The notes under the pieces: generated by a model
The model's input: the letters and a program-made list of their open reading frames with translations, nothing else
The model's database searches: none
What the model was told of the DNA's origin: nothing
DNA from: Hormiphora californensis
Lineage: Eukaryota > Animalia > Ctenophora
DNA: 64,000 nucleotides
Assembly: GCA_020137815.1 (NCBI GenBank)
Contig: CM035352.1
Coordinates: 5,208,001 to 5,272,000, forward strand
Direction of reading: 5' to 3'
Translations under genes and position numbers: made by a program
Part shown: one piece after another, positions 13,745 through 24,329 of the stretch
Numbering within the stretch: the stretch's first letter is position 1
Layout of the letters: every line of letters begins with the position of its first letter

Positions 13745-14347
13745 AACCGTTCCTACTATAACCCTTTCCTAATTCAGTACACATATTGACATCTAAAGTG
13801 CGTTGACTGACCTGAGATTCCTGTCAGGCAAGGGACAGGTGGCTACCAAGCCTGGATGCCGCTAAATCTAGGCTGTCCCAGAGCTAGCTAGGGACAGTAC
13901 ACATATTGACATCTAGAAACGCACCTGGATTATTATTGTTGACAAAGTAGACCTCATCCGAGTTGGTACATTTATACACCACCCGTTTTGTACCAGGAAG
14001 CGCACACCTCAACTTCAGGAACCGATGCGGGGTGATGACAAGGGTACAGTTGCTTATTCCTGCGTGTGGAAGATTAGCTTTCATGAGAAGTGAGAACATA
14101 ATGAACATTGAACACTGACCAGTCTAGCAGTTTTCATTTGTCGGGGGAATGTGGTTTTTGGCACGGTAGACTGATAACCATATCAAAACTACATCATTGA
14201 GACGTTTAGTAAAAAATTGCTAAAAACTTATTTACTTGAAAAATGGTAACACAATTGATTTGATTTGACAAGATTACAAGAGCGGTTGTCATGGGCGTGA
14301 GCTTACCTTGTTAAACAAGGTAAGTTCACGCCAAAACAAAACAAGTT

Positions 14348-14389
14348 GTTTCAAACTTTTCAACACTACTTTAAACAAATTAATTTGAG
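14348..14389 (+). other. Retroposed copy of the ctenophore spliced-leader exon at the LINE 5' end
   Basis: GTTTCAAACTTTTCAACACTACTTTAAACAAATTAATTTGAG matches the pleurobrachiid SL as I recall it. It is followed by TTTGCC rather than a GT donor, so it is not an SL RNA gene. Confidence 0.8.
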
Positions 14390-14529
14390 TTTGCCGTCAA
14401 TCGATCCGATAACTGTGTTAGCATCTATTCTCTAATCTTTTAGATCTCTGTTAGGCCTACTTTAACTTAACTTACGAGTGATATCAGTGAAGAGTTTGTT
14501 GTTGGCCGGCGTGCAACGGGTGTTTTAGG

Positions 14530-16907
14530 ATGACCGTTACGAGTAATTATGACATATGTATCACTAAGAGTGATTTTGAAGACGTGTTAGCAGGAGAAGT
14601 ATTTAGTAATGATTATAAGGGTAGTGATTTGTTAGTGTGTCTAGAGAGAGGTGACGCTGTTTGTCCGTCGTCTGTCCATAAACCTCAGTTGTGGCACCTT
14701 CTCAAAGCCTGCTACAAAATGCTTCCGGCGATGGCACCGTTTTCTGTTCCTGGAGACCAAGCTGATCTGAGAGAATCGTTTGCAAAGTTACACAAAGATC
14801 TGGTCTCAACCATCTCTGCACTAGTAAAACCTGTGGAGAAAGGGAAAGATGATGTTGGTAATGGTGAGCCTGAGGAACCGGTTACACCTACGATGAAACA
14901 CTATGTGAACATTACCACTGGGAACAGCGGAGAAGGAGAATCAGCGTTCTGTGCTGATAAGTGGAAGAATGTGGTCAAACCAAAGGTGGAAAGTGCTTTG
15001 AAGACTATACCGGTAGTGAGATCCAGAGTAAACAGTGACCATACCCGATTATACTTCCCTAATGAGGACCAGATGAAGGAAGCAGAGAAAGTACTGACTC
15101 CTCTTGCACAGGATTGTTCAGTGTCATTTTTCTCAGAGGAAACCAAGAAGCTTGAACCAAAGGTGACGATAAATGACTTGGGCCCCGACCTACTTGAAAA
15201 GGAAGCTATCCTGGCGGCGATCTTGGACAAGAATGAGGATATCAGGAAGCTGTATCATGAGGATAAGAAGTTAAAAGTGGTGTTTGTGAACGAAAGAGAC
15301 AGGTATGCAGTGATCCAGATGGCTCCAGAGATCCGGCGGCTTTTGTCTAGCAGTGGGGATAGACTTAACTTGGGTCTTCGGCAACATTTTGTCAAAAACA
15401 GGTATCATGTGATTCAATGTTATCACTGCCAAGGATTTGGTCACATGGCGGGCTCTGTATATTGCCCTCAGGGGGGGGGTGACACGTAACACTTTGTAAC
15501 ACTTTGTAACATGTAACGTGCACAAAAAGTTTTCTGCACATGTTACAAAGTGTTACAAAGTGTTACAAAGTGTTACATAGTGTTACAAAGTGTTACATAG
15601 TGTTACATAGTGTTACAAAGTGTTACATAGTGTTACAAAGTGTTACATAGTGTTACAAAGTGTTACATAGTGTTACAAAGTGTTACATAGTGTTACAAAG
15701 TGTTACATAGTGTTACAAAGTGTTACATAGTGTTACAAAGTGTCACAAAGTGTTACATAGTGTCACAAAGTGTTACAAATTGTTACAAAGTGTTACAAAT
15801 TGTTACAAAATATTTACAAAATATATAAGACGGTTGGTGAATAAGTAATTTGAACGACTTTGGTGTCTTTTTAGAACACATCTAAAAGTTTTAAATCATT
15901 TCTAAGGTTAAAACATACACTTTTTTACTAATTTGCGGATGTTTTGAGCCTCCGATGTCATCGACTGTGGAAATCAGGGCTGAAATAGTCCATTTGGTAA
16001 AAAAATATGAACTTTAGACAACGGTAAAGTTTTTAGAGTGATATTAAAAGTATTGTGCCTCTCAGAGGCCCCCAATGTGCTGAGTCACCTGTGAGTTGTG
16101 ACCCAATCGACTTTTTTTCATTGGTAATCGATTCTTTGTACTTAATAAGATGATATACAACGTTTCTGTTGGAAAAAGAAATAAAATTTTTCCAAAATCA
16201 ATTTTTTGGTCAACGATTGAAAATTTGCTTCGCTACAAATCCTTGTGTGTTTGTAAATATTTTGTAACAATTTGTAACACTTTGTAACAATTTGTAACAC
16301 TTTGTGACACTATGTAACACTTTGTGACACTTTGTAACACTATGTAACACTTTGTAACACTTTGTAACACTTTGTAACACTTTGTAACACTATGTAACAC
16401 TTTGTAACACTATGTAACACTTTGTAACACTATGTAACACTTTGTAACACTTTGTAACACTTTGTAACACTATGTAACACTTTGTAACACTATGTAACAC
16501 TTAGTAACACTATGTAACACTTTGTAACATGTAACGTGCACAAAAAGTTTTCTGCACATGTTACAAAGTGTTACAAAGTGTTACGTGTCACCCCCCCCCC
16601 CCCTCAGAAGGATGATCCTGTATGCTGCTTTTGTGCTGGCACACATCAGACGAAGGATTGTAGAGCGAAGAAGAACAATGAAACAGGCAAGATGAAGTGT
16701 GTGAATTGTGAAGTTGGAGGATCACGAGAGGACAAGAAGTATGCGAAGACCCACACGGCTTCAAGTATGTGGTGCCCTTCGTACATTAACGAGCGAGCAC
16801 GGCTAATGGAGAGGACTTCAGGTGTGAGCAAAGAGGAAAAAAACATGTACTGGACGAGGACCAAAGAGGAACTACTCAGGAAAAGACTTGGAAGATTGGG
16901 ACACTAA
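14530..16907 (+). CDS. LINE ORF1 (gag-like, CCHC zinc knuckles), interrupted by a DNA element
   Basis: Removing 15472-16607 fuses ...QCYHCQGFGHMAGSVYCPQ to KDDPVCCFCAGTHQTKDC...KCVNC...HTASSMWCP in frame (about 413 aa). Confidence 0.85.
15472..16601. mobile_element. Non-autonomous DNA element with poly-G/poly-C termini and 10-bp subterminal arrays
   Basis: G-run+TGACACGTAAC ... GTTACGTGTCA+C-run; arrays of TGTTACA(A/T)AG in inverted orientation; TSD about CCTCAG (exact length blurred by the homopolymers). Confidence 0.85.
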
Positions 16908-19831
16908 ATGTTCGCTCTCTTGTTAATAAAACTGGAGGTGTTATTTCTCATCTGGAAGAAGAGGATTGTGATATCTGTCTCGTACAGGAAACCTTTTTGA
17001 AGTCTACGGATACTGGGAAACTCCAGGAGATTAGGGATAATGGATGGGATATTTTATCATGTCCACGAGGAGACAGAGGAGGTGGAGGAATAGGAATTCT
17101 TTTTCGGGACGGTATAGTCCTTCGACAGTGCCCAGTGAAGACAAAGTTTAAGTCTTTTCAAGTGCAGGAGGTTCTCATCAGTGACAGAGATCAACCAAAG
17201 AGACTCTGTAATGTTTATCGTCCACCATACACAACTAAGTCAAGACTCACAGAGGCTACATTCCTATCTGAGTTCGGAGACTATCTTTCAGAACTTGTTA
17301 TGAAGCAAGGTACTCCAATTATAGCAGGGGATCTGAACTTTCAGGTGCAGGACAAGAACAACTTCTACTCGAGGAAACTATTGGAGCTTCTAGATTCATT
17401 TGACCTTCAGCAAAGAGTACCACTATTGCCTACTCACCAACTTGGTGGAACCTTAGACCTGGTGATAACTACAAGGGAAACCAATCTAGGAGATTTAACA
17501 ATTTGTCCTAATGGTACTACTTCGGACCACTTCCTGGTACAGTTTGGGCTTGAAGTGAGACAGGACCTGTCAAACTCTTGTATGCGGAAATCAATGTTTC
17601 GAGAATACATGGACTACAAGTCAATGGACAAGGAAGGATTCAGAGAGGACCTCCAGAAAGCGGAATTTGAACCAGGCCGGGATCCAGAGGAGAGTATTGT
17701 AAACTTCTATCGTTGGTTGGAAAGTGTAGTGGAAAGGCGAGTTCCGAGGAAACGGGTGAGGACAGGGAAAAAGTTTAAACCGTGGAGAGATGAGGAACTA
17801 AGAGGAATACTACGTAAGAGGAGGAGTGCGGAACGATACTGGAGGAAGCATGGAACTGAGGAAGCGAAACGGAGATTCAATGATTTGAAGAAGCTCTATG
17901 GAAACATGGACAAGGAAAAGAGAGCAGCTTTTGTTAAAGAGGACTTGGATGCGGCAAAAGGGGACCCGAAGAAGCTACAAAGAAAGTTACAGAAACTCCT
18001 GGGAAAAGCGGAAACTATTCTTCCTGAGACTACCAACAACAAGAACCTGGCTGATGATTTTTCAAAGTTCTTTAGTTCAAAGGTGACCAAAATTCGGACC
18101 CAAGTCAATGAGGAGCAGCAGCAGGCTGGCGATTTTGTGGAATCTGGAAAATCCTGTCATACAACATGGAATGAATTCAAAGAGATATCTGAGGAGGAAC
18201 TTGTTTCATTAGTGAAATCGATGTCCAGCAAGCACTGTGACCTGGACCCGTTGCCCACTTGGGTGGTAAAGGAGTGTATAAGTGATCTGGCTCCTGCATT
18301 AACATCAATAGTCAATCAGTCTCTACATCAGTCTTCGGTCGCAGAATCTCTCCAGGAGGCACTTGTCTTTCCTACCATCAAGAATATGTATGGAGATCGT
18401 GAAGCTCTCAGCAACTATCGTCCTGTTTCGAACATCCCATTTCTGTCTAAGCTTCTTGAGAAGGTAGTTCTCACGCAACTCAATGACTACCTGGATCGCA
18501 ACTCTCTTTTGGGCAAACATCAGTCTGGCTATCGTGTTGGTCACAGTTGTGAAACGCTATTGGCAAGCATGTTCGATGACATTCTAGGGGAAATGGATAA
18601 AGGAAACGTAGTAGCTCTTATCTGTCTAGATATGAGTGCTGCTTTTGATACGGTTGACCATGGAAAGTTGTTGGAGGTGTTGCAGAAACGGTTTGGAGTG
18701 GATGGTGAACCTCTCCGATGGTTTAAAAGCTATTTGAGTTCCAGATCTTTTAGAGTTTCGGTCGGTGATTGCCTTTCGGAAACCCTTGCTTTACTTTGTG
18801 GAGTCCCTCAAGGGTCCCTCCTTGGTCCTATTTTGTTCCTACTCTACATCGAGGCTGTACAAGATATTGTGGAGCCATATGGACTCCGGATAAAGTTATA
18901 TGCAGATGATTCCCAGCTCTACGTGAGTCTGGTTCCTACGGATGCTGCTGGCTGGGTTGAGGCAAAGGTGGATATTGAGGAGTGTCTGGCGAAGGTGAAG
19001 AGGTGGATGGTAGGGCAGTGGTTGAAGTGTAATGAGGCCAAAACGGAATTCATCCTGCTTGGAAAGCGCAGTTCTCTAAGCAAAGTCTCTTTTGATCCAG
19101 TTATTAACTTTGGAGGAACGGAAATCTCCCCCAGTGAATGTAGTGGAACAGATGGTAAAACCCTGGGAATTCTCTTGGATCATAACCTTGGCCTTGAACG
19201 ACAGGTTAACAATGTGAGGAAACAGTGTGGACTGATGTTACGAAACCTTTGGCAACTGCACAGGTGTTTTGATATCCCAACAAAGATAATGTTGGTCAAA
19301 CAGTTGATTTTATCGAGGATAGACTACAGTAACATTCTGTATTGTGGACTTCCTGGTCGAGTTCTCAGTGGGCTCCAGAAGCTTCTCAATGCCTGTGTTC
19401 GTTTTGTATTTAACCTCCACGGACACCAGGACAACTACATGGAGTATTTCAGGCAATGTCATATTTTGCCGATCTCCTACAGGTTGGACTTCAAAGCATG
19501 TTTGATTGCCTACAAAATAGTCAATGGAACAGCCCCGTGTTATCTCCAGGATTTGGTGCCACGTGATGAGACTTGGGGAACCTCTAGGACAACGAGGATG
19601 ACTAATGTTCCGGATCCCTATAGGTTAAAACATCCAAAGATGACCAGTATCAATGCCAACTCTAAGTTGAGACGTAGGAGGTTATCAGTATTCCTGCCCT
19701 CTGTCTGGAATGAGCTTCCTCTTGAGCTCAGGTCAATCCCCAATGTGGATACTTTCAAAACCCGGCTGAAAACACATCTCTTCGTTGGTGCATTTGGAGT
19801 GGGTGATGGGGAACCCATGGCTGAGTTGTAA
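16835..19831 (+). CDS. LINE ORF2: apurinic-like endonuclease + reverse transcriptase, intact
   Basis: APE motifs GTLNVRS, QET, GDLN, TLDL, SDH; RT motifs NYRPVS, DMSAAFDTVDH, GVPQGSLLGP, YADD. The frame is open upstream into ORF1 with no ATG before the APE domain. Confidence 0.95.
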   Translation, partial: GKKHVLDEDQRGTTQEKTWKIGTLNVRSLVNKTGGVISHLEEEDCDICLVQETFLKSTDTGKLQEIRDNGWDILSCPRGDRGGGGIGILFRDGIVLRQCPVKTKFKSFQVQEVLISDRDQPKRLCNVYRPPYTTKSRLTEATFLSEFGDYLSELVMKQGTPIIAGDLNFQVQDKNNFYSRKLLELLDSFDLQQRVPLLPTHQLGGTLDLVITTRETNLGDLTICPNGTTSDHFLVQFGLEVRQDLSNSCMRKSMFREYMDYKSMDKEGFREDLQKAEFEPGRDPEESIVNFYRWLESVVERRVPRKRVRTGKKFKPWRDEELRGILRKRRSAERYWRKHGTEEAKRRFNDLKKLYGNMDKEKRAAFVKEDLDAAKGDPKKLQRKLQKLLGKAETILPETTNNKNLADDFSKFFSSKVTKIRTQVNEEQQQAGDFVESGKSCHTTWNEFKEISEEELVSLVKSMSSKHCDLDPLPTWVVKECISDLAPALTSIVNQSLHQSSVAESLQEALVFPTIKNMYGDREALSNYRPVSNIPFLSKLLEKVVLTQLNDYLDRNSLLGKHQSGYRVGHSCETLLASMFDDILGEMDKGNVVALICLDMSAAFDTVDHGKLLEVLQKRFGVDGEPLRWFKSYLSSRSFRVSVGDCLSETLALLCGVPQGSLLGPILFLLYIEAVQDIVEPYGLRIKLYADDSQLYVSLVPTDAAGWVEAKVDIEECLAKVKRWMVGQWLKCNEAKTEFILLGKRSSLSKVSFDPVINFGGTEISPSECSGTDGKTLGILLDHNLGLERQVNNVRKQCGLMLRNLWQLHRCFDIPTKIMLVKQLILSRIDYSNILYCGLPGRVLSGLQKLLNACVRFVFNLHGHQDNYMEYFRQCHILPISYRLDFKACLIAYKIVNGTAPCYLQDLVPRDETWGTSRTTRMTNVPDPYRLKHPKMTSINANSKLRRRRLSVFLPSVWNELPLELRSIPNVDTFKTRLKTHLFVGAFGVGDGEPMAEL

Positions 19832-20728
19832 TGTTTGTTGTAGTTGTGGGGCCTGCGGGCAATCAGTGTCATCCTCTCTCTAGCCATGTTATTAATTCAT
19901 TACCTAGTATCCTTTTTTCGAGCAGGTGTGAGTATAGTGTGTTTTAATTTATATCTACAGGATTATGGGACCAGTTATTCCCTCAGTTTTATAAGTCAAG
20001 TTTATTTAGTCGTCTATATATTGTTTTTCAACCAGAGCTGTTCGAGTGTGTCATATAAGTAGTCGAGGATATACCGCTCTGATGATTCGGCGGAACATCG
20101 TCAATATTTTGACATGTCTCTGTCGGGTATGGGCGGTATATAAGCGCGGAATATTATTATTATTATTATTATTGTTCAAACAGCTGGGGTGCGGGGAGAG
20201 AGTCGAGGGTCGAGCAAGGAAAAACTTACCATTATCGAGTTTGTCGCTCGTTGAATTTGTCCAGGAAGTTACCACTGCTATCCACAAAGTCAGAGGAAGG
20301 TAACGAATCATTTTGGAATTCCACAACTGTTTTCCAGTGTGGATGATTGCTTATTTAAAGAACTCGTAATTCCTTTGTCACAGCTCACTTGAACAACAGT
20401 ATGGGATAAAGTAAAGGAGCTCTAATATGCCTTAAACAAAGGGAACAGCAAGGACAAAGCAAGTGACAACTTTGTCATGGCAAAGTACTTTAGCGAATTT
20501 TAAATTTTAAAGCAATTAGAGTTCCTTTATACAAAACTTTTCATTGTATTTGTAAATAGTTGAATTTATTAAAATTAAATGTCCTAAATTAGAATGAATG
20601 TCTCTAGTATTTACAGCTCTGGGGCCATGTAAAACAATTTAGCATGGCACCCGTAATTATAAAGTACAACCCCAAGGGCCCTTTGTTTCACGAAATTGGT
20701 TCACGAAAAGTAGTCGGTAGAAATGTAA

Positions 20729-21066
20729 GGGCGGAGTCACACCAAGATCTTCGAAAGAATTGTTTCGACGCACCAAACTCAATCACACTGAAAAGTTTGG
20801 TTGGTTCTTCACAGCAGGCGTTCAGTTGTTGTGGACGCCTGCTGTGCGCGGCGCATTGGCACGTGCATCTTGGGCGCTGGCAGGCTTCTATATGTTACAA
20901 CATGTGAAAGCCTGCCAGCGCCCAAGATGCACGTGCCAATGCGCCGCGCACAGCAGGCGTTCACAACAACTGAACGCCTGCTGTGGAGAACCAACCATAC
21001 TTTTCAGTGTGATTGAGTTTGGTGCGTCGAAACAATTCTTTCGAAGATCTTGGTGTGATTCCGCCC
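20729..21066. mobile_element. Palindromic MITE, PIF/Harbinger (Tourist-like)
   Basis: ~160-bp near-perfect arms beginning GGGCGGAGTCACACCA; flanks TAA/TCA. Confidence 0.65.
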
Positions 21067-21093
21067 TCATAGTTCTTGTGAGACAAATGATAT

Positions 21094-21425
21094 TATATGA
21101 TTAGATGACTGGTTAAAATGGTCTATTACTTTTTAGTGCACGAGGCCGAAGGCCGAGTGTTCTAAATACAACAATAATGAACCGAGACCGACAGGTCGAG
21201 GTAGATCCTTTTACTTAGCTGCCGAGCCTGCGAGGCACGCTAAGTGTAACTACTGAGCGAGCCTGCGAGCTCTGTAGTTGTACTTTTGGGCCGAGCCTGC
21301 GAGGCCTAAAAGTGAAAGAATCTTTAACATTATTGTTGTGTAATAGAGCATGTAAAAGCAGTCATCTAATTTTATTAGATGATTTTGGAAACAAACTGAG
21401 TGAACGAGATATAGATTGAGCGAGT

Positions 21426-21493
<68 letters not shown>

Positions 21494-22283
21494 GAGAGAA
21501 AGAGAGATAGAGAATGTGTGTGAGAGAGATATAGGGAAAGAGAGAATCGAAGGCAGAGAGAGAAAGCAGATGCAGGCCGCTCATTGGGGTGGTGCCATCA
21601 CGTGACGATCACGTGACCTATAGTTGCAGAGGGGAAGAAAAGATAAGGGTTAGGGCGTGTGTGACGATCACGTGACCTAGAAGAGTTGCAACATGTCGCA
21701 GAGGGAAAGAAAAGATAAGCGTGTGCTGTTGCGTGTGCAGTAGTTAGGGCGTGTGTACTGTGTAGTGACGTAATGTTCACACTGTGTGCGTGTGACTAGA
21801 AAGTGTCTAATTTTTCACATACCACTGCAACGGTATTTTACTTTATAATTACTAGTGTTTTTGCAGTGGTCTAAGTTTTCACAGTACACTGTAACCGGTG
21901 GTCACAGTGTACTGTGAAAACTTAGATAACCGGTTAAAATTGTCTAATATATGATTAGATGACTGGTTAAAATGGTCTATTACTTTTTAGTGCACGAGGC
22001 CGAAGGCCGAGTGTTCTAAATACAACAATAATGAACCGAGACCGACAGGTCGAGGTAGATCCTTTTACTTAGCTGCCGAGCCTGCGAGGCACGCTAAGTG
22101 TAACTACTGAGCGAGCCTGCGAGCTCTGTAGTTGTACTTTTGGGCCGAGCCTGCGAGGCCTAAAAGTGAAAGAATCTTTAACATTATTGTTGTGTAATAG
22201 AGCATGTAAAAGCAGTCATCTAATTTTATTAGATGATTTTGGAAACAAACTGAGTGAACGAGATATAGATTGAGCGAGTGAGT

Positions 22284-22345
<62 letters not shown>

Positions 22346-22801
22346 GAGAGAAAGAGAGATAGAGAATGTGTGTGAGAGAGATATAGGGAAAGAGAGAATC
22401 GAAGGCAGAGAGAGAAAGCAGATGCAGGCCGCTCATTGGGGTGGTGCCATCACGTGACGATCACGTGACCTATAGTTGCAGAGGGGAAGAAAAGATAAGG
22501 GTTAGGGCGTGTGTGACGATCACGTGACCTAGAAGAGTTGCAACATGTCGCAGAGGGAAAGAAAAGATAAGCGTGTGCTGTTGCGTGTGCAGTAGTTAGG
22601 GCGTGTGTACTGTGTAGTGACGTAATGTTCACACTGTGTGCGTGTGACTAGAAAGTGTCTAATTTTTCACATACCACTGCAACGGTATTTTACTTTATAA
22701 TTACTAGTGTTTTTGCAGTGGTCTAAGTTTTCACAGTACACTGTAACCGGTGGTCACAGTGTACTGTGAAAACTTAGATAACCGGTTAAAATTGTCTAAT
22801 A
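21094..22801. mobile_element. Head-to-tail dimer of an ~853-bp non-coding element (Crypton-like)
   Basis: Two near-identical units (21094-21947, 21948-22801) with CGAGGCCGAAGGCCGAG-type hairpins, ATTAGATGAC / GTCATCTAAT inverted motifs and internal (GA)n; no TSD seen. Confidence 0.6.
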
Positions 22802-23257
22802 CAATTTGGTTGGTTGGAGCGGCTGGTGCTTATTATTACAATTTGTTGAGAATGCAAATGATCGATCCAGTCGTGAATCTGAAGGATCATGGAAGTTCCA
22901 TTGGAACTATTGTTAATAGTTCCAATGGAACTTCCATGATACTTCAGAGTCACGACTGCAACTCTGGAGTTATCATCATGGAAATTTTTTGGAAACTCAG
23001 GTTAAGCAACCTAACAAAGAATTTTACCTTGTATACCATCAAGCAAATTTTGTACTCTATTCGCTGTTCACAGGCAAGAAGTGTGATTTCATGCGAAGTT
23101 TTGTTACACCGCGTTTTCCTCTTTTCCCATAAATGTATCGTGTCGCACTGTTCTGAACTTTCTGTAGGTCGCTCGAGCCTCAGAATAATTCATCGCTTAG
23201 ATTTTCAATAGTTCCGGAAAAGTTTTGTCTTTGCTGCAGGCCCTTAGAACGGGTTAA

Positions 23258-24080
23258 GAGGATGGGTCCTCATGGCATAGTGCGCAAAATATTCTTGACT
23301 TTTCGAGTTTCGAAAAAAAAACCGCGCAACTTTTTCAGTTCGCGCCGTCACGATTCACTTTGAAGATTCTTCAGCGCGCGCAATTTCTGTCCAAAACAAG
23401 CGCGTTTGTATATTTGCGCGTCCGATTTTCTTAATTAAGCAATTAACGATTAATTAAACACTTTAGTTGGTCAAATTAGGTAAAATTATGTCGGAAAATG
23501 ATAAATGTATCAATCTTTTGAAAGTCAAAGTGTCCCAAAAAGTCCAATCACTGTTTGAAATCATCCAACTTTGAGAGTCGATTCCTCTGTCCAGAAATCG
23601 TTTCTGGCTTATCCACCTATACGTTGCACCAGTTCAAGGGATTCTCTACCTGAAAAAAAGATGGTTACTTAAAAGCTGCTTTTAGGGAAAGGGTCGGGGG
23701 AAGAGAGGTCAAATTATTCAAATGGCGTCAGTTGAAGACCAGAAGAATAGGAGACAAATCCTTCGACACGAAGGTGTCAAATTGTCTCTTCTACCATATC
23801 CCAGAATTTGGGATTTTATGGATATTCCGTTCTCCCGTAATTGCCAAAAAACCGATTTGAGCAAATCGGCGATTACGCCACGGTTTTTGAGAGTTTCAAA
23901 TCGAGACATGTTCGTTGCACTCGTTTAGAACATGGCCGATCAGAAAAACCAAAAATTAAAACGCTAACTAGCGCCGTTTGGCAGAACGAAGCATTCTACG
24001 AGTGCCCTAGTCGTGACTGTGCCCCCTATGTGAGGGGATCGCCCTACGGGCGCGCGAACATGGGGGGCGCGACGTGCCCA
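23258..24080 (+). mobile_element. Truncated DNA transposon (Sola3-like end)
   Basis: TTAA|GAGGATGGGTCCTCATGG start followed by TE-like internal sequence; other end not found. Confidence 0.3.
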
Positions 24081-24081
24081 A

Positions 24082-24329
24082 GGTAAAGTCAAACACTTTT
24101 TAGCACTGCAAATTTAGACGTTTTTTGAAAAAAATATGCGGAGTTATGGCACAAAATTCACGTTTTAACTTTTAAGGCTTTTTGCGCCATAGCTCCGCCA
24201 TTTCATCACCAATTTGCTAAAACTTGAGCTCGATGCCCTCTTTCCAACCAAGCGAAGACGAAGCAGTTTGGCGAAGAAATTATGACCAAAAACGTCTAAA
24301 TTTGGTGCTAAAAACTATGTGACTTTACC
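24082..24329. mobile_element. MITE with imperfect TIRs
   Basis: GGTAAAGTCAAACACTTTTTAGCAC ... GTGCTAAAAACTATGTGACTTTACC; no clear TSD. Confidence 0.5.

Larger units (their letters stand above)
8774..14108 (-). pseudogene. LDL-receptor class A repeat-containing GPCR (GRL101-like, no LRRs seen), multiply frameshifted (pseudogene or assembly indels)
   Basis: LDLa motifs (CDGFPDCWDWKDEEGC, CDGVSDCGDGADE, CNVVDDCGDGSDEIPC, CNGVIDCKDAEDEC) spread over shifting frames, then 7TM ending LQRKIALIIGSDFVCWSPF...FLPINSVINPIIYD. Putative exon 1 (14108-13925) joins in phase 1 to a large exon starting 11784. Confidence 0.8.
14348..20173 (+). mobile_element. Full-length CR1-group (L2/L2B-like) LINE
   Basis: 5' UTR, gag-like ORF1, APE-RT ORF2 ending FKTRLKTHLF, 3' stem (ATACCGCTC/GGGCGGTAT) and (TTA)n tail at about 20152-20173. 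Confidence 0.9.

Noticed and set aside
14348-14450. SL RNA gene
   Set aside because: The SL exon is not followed by a GT donor or a recognisable Sm site; it runs into the LINE 5' UTR.
20070-20140. Hammerhead ribozyme (CTGATGA) in LINE 3' UTR
   Set aside because: There is no GAAA core or stem II; it is better explained as the usual LINE 3' stem-loop.
20644-21104. Mirror-image ORFs on both strands
   Set aside because: A by-product of the palindromic MITE.
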